From IMG/VR virus record IMGVR_UViG_3300001199_000002, positions 112,062-176,061 of that record: a DNA stretch of 64,000 nt; one strand, 5' to 3'. The translations under genes were made by a program, and so were the position numbers. Of the stretch, positions 48,162 through 56,841 are shown piece after piece (position 1 is the stretch's first letter; each line of letters begins with the position of its first letter). The notes beneath the pieces are model-generated. The model saw nothing but the letters and a program-made list of their open reading frames with translations, searched no databases and had not been told where the DNA came from. The DNA comes from a virus (lineage: Duplodnaviria; Heunggongvirae; Uroviricota; Caudoviricetes).

Positions 48162-48863
48162 TTAACCTTTAGCTATACGCCTAACCGTTCTTTCAAACTC
48201 GGAAAAGTCTACTTCACCGATCTCCACTACTTCACCATTATCGTCGGTGTCATATACACTGGCATTATCCAGCAGTTGAAGAGACGACTTCACCAGTTCG
48301 GTACGACCAGAAATGATGTTACGCATCAACTGGTGTTTCTTGATCGACTCTCTGATGTCATCCATGGCCCTATGAGCCGTGCTGGTCTCCGATCCAAAGA
48401 TAGAGGGGAACCCTACCTTATAGACACTGACATCTAGCTGTCGATAGTGTAGCATCTTCTCCAGACGAGGCATATGCTCCTTGAGAGCGTTACGATCATA
48501 TGAGATGCTGCTGCCGGCAATGACAAAGATGGTGGGCTCTTGTGCCGCGAACATCTTGAGTCGAGCGATCAGTTGGTCTTCGACGAATCTAATCGCCTCA
48601 TCTCCATAACACGTCTGATTGTCTTGGATAGACCGGAGTTCCTCCAGTAAACCATTCTTCTCGTGCATCTCACGCGCCTTGTCGGCGATGATGGCTTCGA
48701 TCCGTTCGATCTTGTGCGGGATCAAACCCTGATCTGCACCTAGTTCGTTCAGTTCAAGGTCAGTGAAGACCACAGCAAACTCTAGCAGTTCACCGTGTCC
48801 CTTACGGACATCGAGACCCGTGGCCTCGAAGTCCAACCAGAATAGAATCGTTCGTGCAGTCAT
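48162..48863 (-). CDS. DEDDh 3'-5' exonuclease (DnaQ/oligoribonuclease-like)
   Basis: WLDFEATGLD Exo I motif; HRAMDD Exo III motif. Confidence 0.65.
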   Translation of the reverse strand: MTARTILFWLDFEATGLDVRKGHGELLEFAVVFTDLELNELGADQGLIPHKIERIEAIIADKAREMHEKNGLLEELRSIQDNQTCYGDEAIRFVEDQLIARLKMFAAQEPTIFVIAGSSISYDRNALKEHMPRLEKMLHYRQLDVSVYKVGFPSIFGSETSTAHRAMDDIRESIKKHQLMRNIISGRTELVKSSLQLLDNASVYDTDDNGEVVEIGEVDFSEFERTVRRIAKG

Positions 48864-49081
48864 TTGCTCTTCTTGGTGATACGTCGCAGTCCGATTTGTC
48901 TCAGTTCTGATGCAGACATATTCTTGACGATATCTTCAAGCTTTACGCGAGTAAGCATTACGTCAGTTGGAACTGCTTCTGGAATATCCCCTTCGTAATA
49001 GCAAGAGGAATTATCCAGTTCAATATTAACATCTACCGCAAAGTGTAGATACTCTATGCTAGTTGGTATGATCTTAGACAT
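48860..49081 (-). CDS. Hypothetical protein
   Basis: ORF. Confidence 0.35.
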   Translation of the reverse strand: MSKIIPTSIEYLHFAVDVNIELDNSSCYYEGDIPEAVPTDVMLTRVKLEDIVKNMSASELRQIGLRRITKKSK

Positions 49082-49424
49082 CTACCTCTTCCTTCTTAGC
49101 GCGCGACTTACGAGCACCACTCGCGCGATTCTGCATCTTTCGCGTGTCGGTCTTGAGACGCTTGAGCGTCGAATACCAGCACGGATCGTTCATCAGCACC
49201 CTGATAGTGCGCGCAATTGACTTCTTGTGCGCCGGAGTGTTGGCATAGAACTCAGCCTCCCACGCGCCAGCCGCCCACTTGCAGTAGGCAAACTCTTCGC
49301 GCTTCTTCTTACCTTCGCCGCGAACAACTTCCACTTCAATCTTACCGTCTTCGTTCTTAGTCATTTTAGTTTTCCTTGTTTCAGTAACCGCAGTCGTAAT
49401 CGTCTGAGTGAATCGTAAAGCCAA
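49074..49424 (-). CDS. Basic hypothetical protein
   Basis: ORF. Confidence 0.4.
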   Translation of the reverse strand: MALRFTQTITTAVTETRKTKMTKNEDGKIEVEVVRGEGKKKREEFAYCKWAAGAWEAEFYANTPAHKKSIARTIRVLMNDPCWYSTLKRLKTDTRKMQNRASGARKSRAKKEEVDV

Positions 49425-49836
49425 GCTTAGCGTCCGATCGGCTAATGCTCAACTCAAAGTTAGTATTGAACAGGATCGCAAAGTCATCATCAAGGGCTTC
49501 TACGATCTTATGTGCCTTCTCATAAGTCACATGCTCAGGATGAGCTTCATCGTTGATATCCTGTTCGTCCTTGGGCCTTTCTTCGTCTTCATCATCTTCG
49601 TCACAGTCCTCGAAGTTTCCCCACGGGTCATAATTGCCCACGGCTGCTTCTTGGTGGTGAGTGCATGGATCGCCGTCATTGAATCCTGGAGTCCAACCTC
49701 GCACACGGATCTGATCAAGACTTGGAATCTCCGCAAAGATAGCTGAAAGCGCTTCGTTAACGTTCTTCTGTGCTGCTTCCTTACGTCCAGCGCTAGCGGC
49801 AATTGCCTTGTTGTATAGTTCGTCGAGCTTATTCAT
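49381..49836 (-). CDS. Acidic hypothetical protein
   Basis: ORF with a run of D/E. Confidence 0.4.
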   Translation of the reverse strand: MNKLDELYNKAIAASAGRKEAAQKNVNEALSAIFAEIPSLDQIRVRGWTPGFNDGDPCTHHQEAAVGNYDPWGNFEDCDEDDEDEERPKDEQDINDEAHPEHVTYEKAHKIVEALDDDFAILFNTNFELSISRSDAKLGFTIHSDDYDCGY

Positions 49837-49855
49837 TTGAGTTTCCTTTGTTAAG

Positions 49856-49967
49856 TGGTGCCCGGAGAGGGAATTGAACCCCCAACCCTCCGCATATCAG
49901 GCGGTGCCAGTTTTGAGGCTGGAGCAGATCATAAATCTACCGCTCTACCTAATTGAGCTATCCGGGC
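49856..49967 (-). tRNA. 112-nt tRNA-like gene; canonical acceptor, D- and T-arms; two anticodon-arm candidates (UAU, GAU) with a 40-nt variable region
   Basis: Acceptor GCCCGGA/UCCGGGC perfect; D-arm GCUC-AAUUAGGUA-GAGC; GUAGA-UUUAUGA-UCUGC; T-arm GGGGG-UUCAAUU-CCCUC; CCA. Confidence 0.45.
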
Positions 49968-49980
49968 TCATTGCACTACT

Positions 49981-50008
49981 AGTATACACCAGCAGTGCTA
50001 GTTGTCAA
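49981..50008 (-). promoter_or_regulatory. Sigma70-type promoter TTGACA-N16-TATACT upstream of the 112-nt tRNA-like gene
   Basis: Hexamers and spacing; -10 lies about 14 nt from the tRNA 5' end. Confidence 0.55.
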
Positions 50009-50022
50009 ATTCTTTCTACAAA

Positions 50023-51048
50023 TCACTTGCTGTCGCTAACAGTCGGCAACATCAACATCGTATTCGAACCACTACCCAGCGTATAGGTTGGAAGCTTTCC
50101 ATCCCAACGCTTAAGGTATTCATTTTGAATCAGAAGTGGGCTAAGTGATTCCGACACTCGTCGATTGAAGTCAGCCTGGGCCTCGCCACGAATCTTAAGC
50201 GCCTCAGCCTCAGCCTGCGCAGCCAGCTTGACGCTCTCAGCCTCGCCTGTGGCGCGAGCGATGCTGCTATCAGCCTTGCCCTTTGCCTCGGCAGCAGCCA
50301 TTTGCGCCTCTGTAACAGTCCGATCAAGTTCATACTTCTTCTGTAGAGCCTGTTGCTCTTGAACCTGCTTTGCTTCAATCGCGCTGTCATACTTCTCGCT
50401 GAAGTCGATCTCAGCGATAGCAACCTCAAGCACATCTAGATCATACTTATTGAGCCAGACGTTGATAGAGTCCTGAACATTCTTATGGATCTCAGGACGC
50501 TTCGAGATAAGCTCCGTCACCTTATACTTCGCGACCTCTGCCTTGATCGATTCGCGCACTGCTGGCGGGATGATCTTATTCGCATAGTCAGGTCCGTAGT
50601 TCTTAAAGAGATTACCAAGAGCCGCACCACGCGGACGCCAGTTAGTAATGACCTTGACAGTCACACTCTGCGTATCGCTGGTCTCAGCCTGATGCGCCTC
50701 TTCATCCTTCTCGACTCGCGCAGACATCTGCTTTACGCTTGATAGCGGATTCACAACGTGGAAGCCTTCTTCCAAAGTCGTCTCATTCACATTTCCAAAC
50801 AGAACAACTACGCCACGATGGCCAGCATCGACCACAACAAATCCACTCACAAAAAGCAGAAGGGCACCAAGTGCAGACAAGCCAGCGCCAGCCCAACTAA
50901 TTGCGGTCACCGTAGAAGTATCTGCCGACCGACCACGACTAGAGTTAGCCTGCGCAGCCACAATCATTGCGCTACGAGCGCGACGCGCGACGACGAACGC
51001 CGCGATACCAATCAACACCATCAGCAAACCGAAAATGATCTGAGTCAT
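50023..51048 (-). CDS. SPFH/band-7 domain membrane protein (HflK/C-, prohibitin-like)
   Basis: N-terminal TM helix; SPFH-like core; coiled-coil Ala/Glu-rich C-terminus. Confidence 0.65.
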   Translation of the reverse strand: MTQIIFGLLMVLIGIAAFVVARRARSAMIVAAQANSSRGRSADTSTVTAISWAGAGLSALGALLLFVSGFVVVDAGHRGVVVLFGNVNETTLEEGFHVVNPLSSVKQMSARVEKDEEAHQAETSDTQSVTVKVITNWRPRGAALGNLFKNYGPDYANKIIPPAVRESIKAEVAKYKVTELISKRPEIHKNVQDSINVWLNKYDLDVLEVAIAEIDFSEKYDSAIEAKQVQEQQALQKKYELDRTVTEAQMAAAEAKGKADSSIARATGEAESVKLAAQAEAEALKIRGEAQADFNRRVSESLSPLLIQNEYLKRWDGKLPTYTLGSGSNTMLMLPTVSDSK

Positions 51049-51069
51049 TGCTTTCTTTTCCTTGTTTAG

Positions 51070-51564
51070 TTAGATGATCTTACGTTCTTTCAATTCTTTC
51101 AACTGCCTTGCAAACTTGTGATTTGCGCTGGGGTTGAAGATTTCACTTTCTTCCTTTGGAATGCTATCCTTAAGCATGATATCATCCCAACAGTGATCCT
51201 TGATTGTTTGACGCCAATCCAATCCAAGTTCTCGCTCCCAGTAGATACCAAGGGCGGACGCTAGCTCTTCTTCTTGTTGAGCCATCTTTCCAGTCATCCC
51301 TTTAGCTAGGGACATGCTTGGACCCAGCCTAAAAGTATCGGGCGATTCGCCAAGCCCAAACTCGGGCAGCGTCCTTCGCTCTGGTGCGGCAACAACAAAA
51401 TGTGCGATGTCGTGGATGAGATTGCTTTCCGTGCGGCGCTTGGTAAGTGCTTCGTCTTGAAATTCAGCGATAGTTTTACCATTGAAAGCATAGTCACGAC
51501 AATGGCGCTTCCAAATTCTTGTGCCCCACTTGTGAGCTAGTTGTCTGATCTTTCTCATGTGCAT
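51070..51564 (-). CDS. Hypothetical protein
   Basis: ORF; consensus promoter immediately upstream. Confidence 0.4.
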   Translation of the reverse strand: MHMRKIRQLAHKWGTRIWKRHCRDYAFNGKTIAEFQDEALTKRRTESNLIHDIAHFVVAAPERRTLPEFGLGESPDTFRLGPSMSLAKGMTGKMAQQEEELASALGIYWERELGLDWRQTIKDHCWDDIMLKDSIPKEESEIFNPSANHKFARQLKELKERKII

Positions 51565-51566
51565 CT

Positions 51567-51594
51567 AGTATAGCACGTTCTTGGTTGTTGTCAA
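51567..51594 (-). promoter_or_regulatory. Sigma70-type promoter TTGACA-N16-TATACT
   Basis: Hexamers and spacing; immediately upstream of the 51564 start. Confidence 0.55.
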
Positions 51595-51806
51595 GAAATT
51601 TTGTCGAAACAACTGCTATACAGCATAAGCTGTGATAGTTCAGGATCATCTACCTCTATCAGCACGTCGTCTGCATCATCGAGAGGTATGTATTCTGTTC
51701 TTACAATAGTCAACACTTTGTGTTTCATGTGCGAAACACCAAATGCACTGCCAAACGCTACTTCAAGTCCGTAGTTGTTGAGTCTAACCTTATCACCAAC
51801 TTTCAT
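51591..51806 (-). CDS. Hypothetical protein
   Basis: ORF. Confidence 0.3.
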   Translation of the reverse strand: MKVGDKVRLNNYGLEVAFGSAFGVSHMKHKVLTIVRTEYIPLDDADDVLIEVDDPELSQLMLYSSCFDKIS

Positions 51807-52039
51807 GGTCGTTTTGTTTTCTTGCTTTTCTTCATTGACTCTAGGCAGTCTTCGAAAGCCTTTTCGAGGCTTGTGCCTACACCAAATCCTATCCGTGAGT
51901 CAGACTTTACAACAGTCTTCATCGCCTCAATAGCCTTGTGGACACTCACCTTATAGGTAAGGGTGTCGTATGTAGCCAGCCACATACACTCGGCTTTCAC
52001 TAGCTTCGTAAGCTTTGTGTTGAAATCAGATGGTGTCAT
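51803..52039 (-). CDS. Hypothetical protein
   Basis: ORF. Confidence 0.35.
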   Translation of the reverse strand: MTPSDFNTKLTKLVKAECMWLATYDTLTYKVSVHKAIEAMKTVVKSDSRIGFGVGTSLEKAFEDCLESMKKSKKTKRP

Positions 52040-52059
52040 TGTTTTTGTCCTAGTTGAAA

Positions 52060-52133
52060 TGGTAGCCGTGGAAAGAATTGAACTTTCATCGAGCGCGTAT
52101 CAGACGCCTATTCTACCGTTGAACTACACGGCT
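52060..52133 (-). tRNA. tRNA-Ile(GAU)
   Basis: Anticodon arm GGCGU-CUGAUAC-GCGCU; T-arm GAAAG-UUCAAUU-CUUUC; CCA. Confidence 0.65.
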
Positions 52134-52134
52134 A

Positions 52135-52209
52135 TGGTCCCGGCACTCCGAGTTGAACGGAGTCTTCTTGGTTCAGAGCCAAGCGTGACTGCCCCTACAC
52201 TATACCGGA
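52135..52209 (-). tRNA. tRNA-Gln(CUG)
   Basis: Anticodon arm CUUGG-CUCUGAA-CCAAG; T-arm CUCCG-UUCAACU-CGGAG; CCA. Confidence 0.6.
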
Positions 52210-52229
52210 TTGTTTATGTTTTATGAAAT

Positions 52230-52315
52230 TGGAGCCGGTAGTAGGATTCGAACCTACGTGGGATTGCTCCGGTAGTTTACAAAACTACTCCTGTCGGCCA
52301 CTGAGGCATACCGGC
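52230..52315 (-). tRNA. 86-nt tRNA with anticodon UGU (Thr by anticodon) and a 14-nt hairpin variable arm (type-II body)
   Basis: Acceptor GCCGGUA/UACCGGC; anticodon arm GUAGU-UUUGUAA-ACUAC; variable CGGAGCAAUCCCAC; T-arm GUAGG-UUCGAAU-CCUAC; U73-CCA. Confidence 0.5.
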
Positions 52316-52321
52316 ATTATG

Positions 52322-52612
52322 TTAGATTGGAAGTTCCACAAACTCGATATGACCTTCCTTCAGAAGTCGATCATACAAAGCATCAGCATTGGATCTACGT
52401 TGCCAGCTATCATGCATAGCGCAATAAGATTCAACATGATTTCTAATTGCGTTCTTTGCATCACCTAAACGCTTCCAAACTGTCTTACCAGAGATCGTAG
52501 TAATAAACTGTCCATCGATCTTGGCACGCCATACAGTTTTTGGAACTTTGATCGCTTTGTTAGTTTCGTTGAAGCGGAATGATTTCCGTACTGATTCAAA
52601 TGTAACAGTCAT
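52322..52612 (-). CDS. Hypothetical protein
   Basis: ORF. Confidence 0.35.
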   Translation of the reverse strand: MTVTFESVRKSFRFNETNKAIKVPKTVWRAKIDGQFITTISGKTVWKRLGDAKNAIRNHVESYCAMHDSWQRRSNADALYDRLLKEGHIEFVELPI

Positions 52613-52815
52613 TTGTCTAGTTTTGATTTGTTTTGGTTTTCGTGTCGGGCAAGTAGCTCACGATAGCAAGCCCACTCATCCATATAACGCTCTACAAACT
52701 TCTGATCTCCAGAGCCACCAAGTTCACATACTAGCTCTTCTACTAGTTGCTTCATCTTGGCCTTGCACTGAGCAGCAGTGTGGTCGTTTGGTTTGAAACG
52801 TCTAAAGTATCCCAT
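52609..52815 (-). CDS. Hypothetical protein
   Basis: ORF. Confidence 0.35.
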   Translation of the reverse strand: MGYFRRFKPNDHTAAQCKAKMKQLVEELVCELGGSGDQKFVERYMDEWACYRELLARHENQNKSKLDK

Positions 52816-53390
52816 AATATTGGTCGCGCAGGATGAATTTGAATCACCACCTATAGGCTTAGGATGCCCGTGCTCTGTCTCCAGGACTTTGTTTAGGAGG
52901 TTTCTTTTAAGCTACTGCGCAGTAAATTTGATCATCTAGATAGGATTTGCACCTATAGTAGTTAGGTCTGCTCTAAGCTGCATCCTAAACCATGCTCGTT
53001 CTCGGCGTCTCTTATTCTTGCCTACACACGCGCGGTTCTGCTAGTTGAACTACTAGATGTAATGATTGGTGTACTAGACGGGATTCCCACCCGTATCTCG
53101 GCCTTGGTTGCCGGCATTGTTAGATAGTTATGCTACTAGCACAAATGGAGCTTCGGGTAGGAGTTTCACCTACATCAGTTCGCGAACATGGTAATTGAGT
53201 AGTTATACGACCGAAGCATGAATGGAGCGGGAAGTCGGTACTGCCCCGACTTATCTAGTTTGGAAGACTAGCACATTACTTTTATGCTATACCCGCATGT
53301 TGCCCAAGCTACCTAGCTTACTTGGACTGGCCACCTTAACTAGTTTCAGTGCAACTACTGGCACTTCAAGTGGTCTTCTCTATCAAGCAC
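52816..53390 (-). ncRNA. Candidate non-coding transcript downstream of the 53394-53422 promoter
   Basis: About 570 nt with no ORF over 35 codons on the minus strand; several stable hairpins (AAGUCGG/CCGACUU; GCUUCGG...CCGAAGC enclosing GUAGG-N7-CCUAC). Confidence 0.3.
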
Positions 53391-53393
53391 TAG

Positions 53394-53422
53394 ATGATAC
53401 ACTAAGACAGCCACGTTGTCAA
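53394..53422 (-). promoter_or_regulatory. Sigma70-type promoter TTGACA-N17-TATCAT with TTAGTG motif
   Basis: Hexamers and spacing; downstream region has no ORF. Confidence 0.45.
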
Positions 53423-53428
53423 GTCTTT

Positions 53429-53950
53429 TTACTGAAACTGAAACGCGAATGGTCTAGTCACAGCAAACTTATTCTGAGTCAGATCCCATAGAGCACCTTG
53501 GCAAAACAAACCAAGTCCTTGGAGCCCAGGCAGGGGTGGAAGTGTAGTCCAAAAAGTCGATTGACATCCTGGAGATACTAGGACAAAGATGTTTGTAACC
53601 AGAATCGATGTGCTAACTACCCATTGACAATTAGGAAGAACAGTTCCAGGAAACTGGAATGGTGGTGGCTGAATCAAATCGATAGAGATGATTGCCTGAT
53701 AGGTAGCGGGATCTCCAAAGTAAGTAGGAATGTTATTCCATACGAACGAGAAGTTTCCACCTGTTGCCGCCACGGGCGCGGCGTTGACAGTTAGCCATGG
53801 CACTACGCCATTGCTGATCTCATTACAGCCCTGAGATGGGATACCTACGACGCCAACCACCCCAGGAAAAGGGTGGGTCTGGCACTGTGCCGTAACGAAT
53901 CCAAGGCTAAGAAACAAACTAAGCAAGTAACGAATCATGTTATACCTCAT
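53429..53950 (-). CDS. Secreted hypothetical protein
   Basis: Signal peptide. Confidence 0.4.
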   Translation of the reverse strand: MRYNMIRYLLSLFLSLGFVTAQCQTHPFPGVVGVVGIPSQGCNEISNGVVPWLTVNAAPVAATGGNFSFVWNNIPTYFGDPATYQAIISIDLIQPPPFQFPGTVLPNCQWVVSTSILVTNIFVLVSPGCQSTFWTTLPPLPGLQGLGLFCQGALWDLTQNKFAVTRPFAFQFQ

Positions 53951-55437
53951 TGGTTGAATCCATAAATCTTGTAAGCAGTCGAACAGAATCCAAACGGACC
54001 TGCATAATCCTTACCAAACGCCATATCTCCATAGATTTGACCAAGTGTAGTCGCTGCAACTTCTGGGATTGGTCCCATCCATTGTCTAACCATTTGACAC
54101 ATAGGCCCCATCTCTCCTTCGCGATTCATTAGCTTCATCACAAGAGCCGTTCCAACCTGAGCGGGCACTACTTGTGAGATATAGCGGAAGCACCATCCAA
54201 ACGTGCTATGCGTAGGTGAATTTGGATCACCCCAAGTAGATGGGTGATTAATCAGTTGGTCACCATTGAATCCAGGACTAGTGTTAAACGCCCAACCGGC
54301 GGTCCAACCAGCACCAAACCACCAAGCTGAAGGTTGCTTCGTGAAGTAACCACGATCCTCTTGGAGGGTGTTAGGAAAGTATGCTGAAGGATGACAGAAC
54401 GCCTCTACCTTCAATAGATGTCCAGCAACGATGATGAGAGCCTTACGTCCAGCACAGTGTCCACCTAGTGGATAGAGCACTCGCCCGTCACAAACAGATC
54501 CGATCTGATCCAATCCGCGTTGAACGATAGCATACGCCAACAGTCTACGTTGTTCAAGTGGCAGTGTCGAACACATTACACATAGCGCAGTTGACACCTG
54601 ACCAGCATAGAATGTGCCATATCCTTCATGCTGAGTCAAGGGCGCATAGGATGCCACTGGCCAACCATCGATATAGTCACCATTGAAACGTCCCATCTCT
54701 TCTAGTAGTCCATTAATCGTCGGGGGTGTTGCGCCCCAACTATTTTGGTCAACAGGACCACGCGGCTGATAGATGTTAGCGAAATCAATGACAGAAGGAC
54801 ATCTATCCATATCCATCTGGGACTCAAAGATTGGTGCGTTTCTAAAGAAACGAGGAAGGAATCCATCACCGATCAACGGTCCGTGAAACATTGGGGGTTG
54901 TCCGGCAACCTCAAACGGAACAAACACAACACCCATAGCCTCATCTACAGAGGAGAACGAACCAGCGGGAGCTTGGCTAACGATGACAAGCGCATCAGTA
55001 GCATAGACTTGCTTATTTGCTGGTAGTTGCATTCCGGCAATATCCGCTCCATTAAATCCACGAACGTTTAGCGCGGCACCAGCGCCACCCTGGCTAGACG
55101 TGTAACTAACAATGCGAGTGTTTGGCCCTACCTGAACCATCCAGGTCTTATCTCGGCACTGCACTGCACCTAGATGACCAGAGATAGTAACACTGATACT
55201 GCGATCTGAGTAAGTAGTTGCTGGAAGCGGAACAGCGTCCGCACTTGCGATCTTCATACTCAGCATGGGCTTTTGCAAGGACTCTGCAAAGCTCTTAGCA
55301 ACCTGCATCTCAAGATCGCGCTTCGTCGGCGCGGATGAGCATCCCACAAGCAAACCCAAAAGGGTCAAAGTTACAGTCTTATTCATCACTTCTCCTGTTG
55401 TTAAAAATGGTAGGTCCGGTGGGGTACGATCCCACAA
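53947..55437 (-). CDS. Large putative lipoprotein (496 aa)
   Basis: LLGLLVGCSS lipobox. Confidence 0.45.
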   Translation of the reverse strand: MWDRTPPDLPFLTTGEVMNKTVTLTLLGLLVGCSSAPTKRDLEMQVAKSFAESLQKPMLSMKIASADAVPLPATTYSDRSISVTISGHLGAVQCRDKTWMVQVGPNTRIVSYTSSQGGAGAALNVRGFNGADIAGMQLPANKQVYATDALVIVSQAPAGSFSSVDEAMGVVFVPFEVAGQPPMFHGPLIGDGFLPRFFRNAPIFESQMDMDRCPSVIDFANIYQPRGPVDQNSWGATPPTINGLLEEMGRFNGDYIDGWPVASYAPLTQHEGYGTFYAGQVSTALCVMCSTLPLEQRRLLAYAIVQRGLDQIGSVCDGRVLYPLGGHCAGRKALIIVAGHLLKVEAFCHPSAYFPNTLQEDRGYFTKQPSAWWFGAGWTAGWAFNTSPGFNGDQLINHPSTWGDPNSPTHSTFGWCFRYISQVVPAQVGTALVMKLMNREGEMGPMCQMVRQWMGPIPEVAATTLGQIYGDMAFGKDYAGPFGFCSTAYKIYGFNQ

Positions 55438-55484
55438 CCTTTCGCTTAAAAGGCGATTACTCTAGCCGATTGAGTTACGGACCA
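55408..55484 (-). tRNA. tRNA-Lys(UUU)
   Basis: Anticodon loop CUUUUAA; T-arm GUGGG-AUCGUAC-CCCAC; CCA; mismatch at 1-72. Confidence 0.55.
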
Positions 55485-55489
55485 GTGTA

Positions 55490-55565
55490 TGGTGCCCTCG
55501 GTAGGACTTGCACCTACAACCTTCTCCTTAAGAGGGAGTTACTCTAGCTATTGAGTTACGAGGGC
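55490..55565 (-). tRNA. tRNA-Lys(CUU)
   Basis: D-arm ACUC/GAGU; anticodon arm ACUCC-CUCUUAA-GGAGA; T-arm GUAGG-UGCAAGU-CCUAC; CCA. Confidence 0.65.
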
Positions 55566-55572
55566 TAGTTGT

Positions 55573-55929
55573 TCAGTCTACAAACTTCACAAGAACGCCA
55601 TGCTTACGGAAGAGCTTCTTGAGCTTCTCTTCTCGCAGTCTATCACTGATGTCTTCATCATCGTTAATGACGATTGCCTTATGGGAAAGGTCATTGTTGA
55701 CGATATCTAGTTCGCAGTCTTCATTACGCTCAGCAATAGTAAGAAACGATGATGCCTTATAGACATTGCATGGTTCGCCCTCGTCGGCAAGTTGCTTCTT
55801 AGGAATGCGACTAATTTGATTCGCAGCAAACCCAAGACAACACATACAACCTTGTCGATTAAGTAGCGCAGCTTCTCCATTCTGGCCACCGCGCGCCCAC
55901 TTCTTCCGCTTCACAGTGAACTTCTTCAT
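55573..55929 (-). CDS. Hypothetical protein
   Basis: ORF. Confidence 0.35.
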   Translation of the reverse strand: MKKFTVKRKKWARGGQNGEAALLNRQGCMCCLGFAANQISRIPKKQLADEGEPCNVYKASSFLTIAERNEDCELDIVNNDLSHKAIVINDDEDISDRLREEKLKKLFRKHGVLVKFVD

Positions 55930-56156
55930 TGCTTTTCCTCGTTGTTTTCTACATTCACGTCACAAATTTCAGCTTCTCCGGTTTCACGCAGATTCTCCAA
56001 GATGTATTCCATATTGGGAGCATCTGATGCGTCTACACGAAACTGGATAGTATAGACGATTGTCTTAGTAGTTGGTTTAAGCTTTGTCTTCATTGTTGTC
56101 TCACTAGGTTTTCTAGTTGTGTCTGCATACCAAGTTCGTATCTGAAATATGGACAA
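55926..56156 (-). CDS. Hypothetical protein
   Basis: ORF. Confidence 0.3.
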   Translation of the reverse strand: MSIFQIRTWYADTTRKPSETTMKTKLKPTTKTIVYTIQFRVDASDAPNMEYILENLRETGEAEICDVNVENNEEKQ

Positions 56157-56641
56157 CCCACATTGTAATCATAGGCTGGCATGATTACTAGTCCATTTGG
56201 ATTCTTTGCTTGCCACTTATCACAATAGGAGGGCCAGTCATCTACGAGAATATCACCCTGAATGGATGACTTATCCTCAGTGACATGCACTGCCTTTACA
56301 AATGGCATACGATCTCGCGCCCATTCTATCTTCTCTGACCACGCTTGCGTGTGATTAGCTGGACCACGAGTCGCAATCTGTATTTCGTATCCTAGTTGCT
56401 GTAGGACGTTTACGATCTGATCACCTACCTGCAACATAGGAAGAGAGCGCCACCAACCCGGCTTTGATTTGATTAGTTGGCATCGATTCCAAATGAAGTC
56501 TGGAAGTGTCATGCGACCATAACGATTGCATGCTTCAAGATAGGTTAGTTCTCCAGGACCAATCAGGCGACTATACGAGGCGGACATCGCGCCATCGTAG
56601 TCAGCTACCGTTCCGTCCATATCTATCAGAGCGATCTTCAC
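56090..56641 (-). CDS. HAD-superfamily phosphatase (nucleotidase / polynucleotide 3'-phosphatase-like)
   Basis: MKIALIDMDGTVADY DxDGT motif I. Confidence 0.55.
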   Translation of the reverse strand: MKIALIDMDGTVADYDGAMSASYSRLIGPGELTYLEACNRYGRMTLPDFIWNRCQLIKSKPGWWRSLPMLQVGDQIVNVLQQLGYEIQIATRGPANHTQAWSEKIEWARDRMPFVKAVHVTEDKSSIQGDILVDDWPSYCDKWQAKNPNGLVIMPAYDYNVGCPYFRYELGMQTQLENLVRQQ

Positions 56642-56841
56642 TTATCTAGTTGAAAGCGTTCAGCACTAAAACACGTATCACGATAATTGATGTATGCATT
56701 ACCATTACCCGTCTTGATAACTACATCACACTTGGCTTGCTTCTTGATACAATCGATTGCTGCATCTAGTGTAGAGAAGACACCTAGAATCTCCATCTCT
56801 GCTGCGGGAGCATAGAAACTTGATGTTACGAACACTTCCAT
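56638..56841 (-). CDS. Hypothetical protein
   Basis: ORF. Confidence 0.3.
   Translation of the reverse strand: MEVFVTSSFYAPAAEMEILGVFSTLDAAIDCIKKQAKCDVVIKTGNGNAYINYRDTCFSAERFQLDK

Noticed and set aside
51963-52468. Plus-strand ORFs 51963..52226 and 52223..52468
   Set aside because: Antisense to the tRNA-Ile/Gln/Thr-like array and the adjacent minus-strand genes.
55265-55547. Plus-strand ORFs 55265..55465 and 55335..55547
   Set aside because: Antisense to the end of the lipoprotein gene and to tRNA-Lys genes, with no supporting signals.
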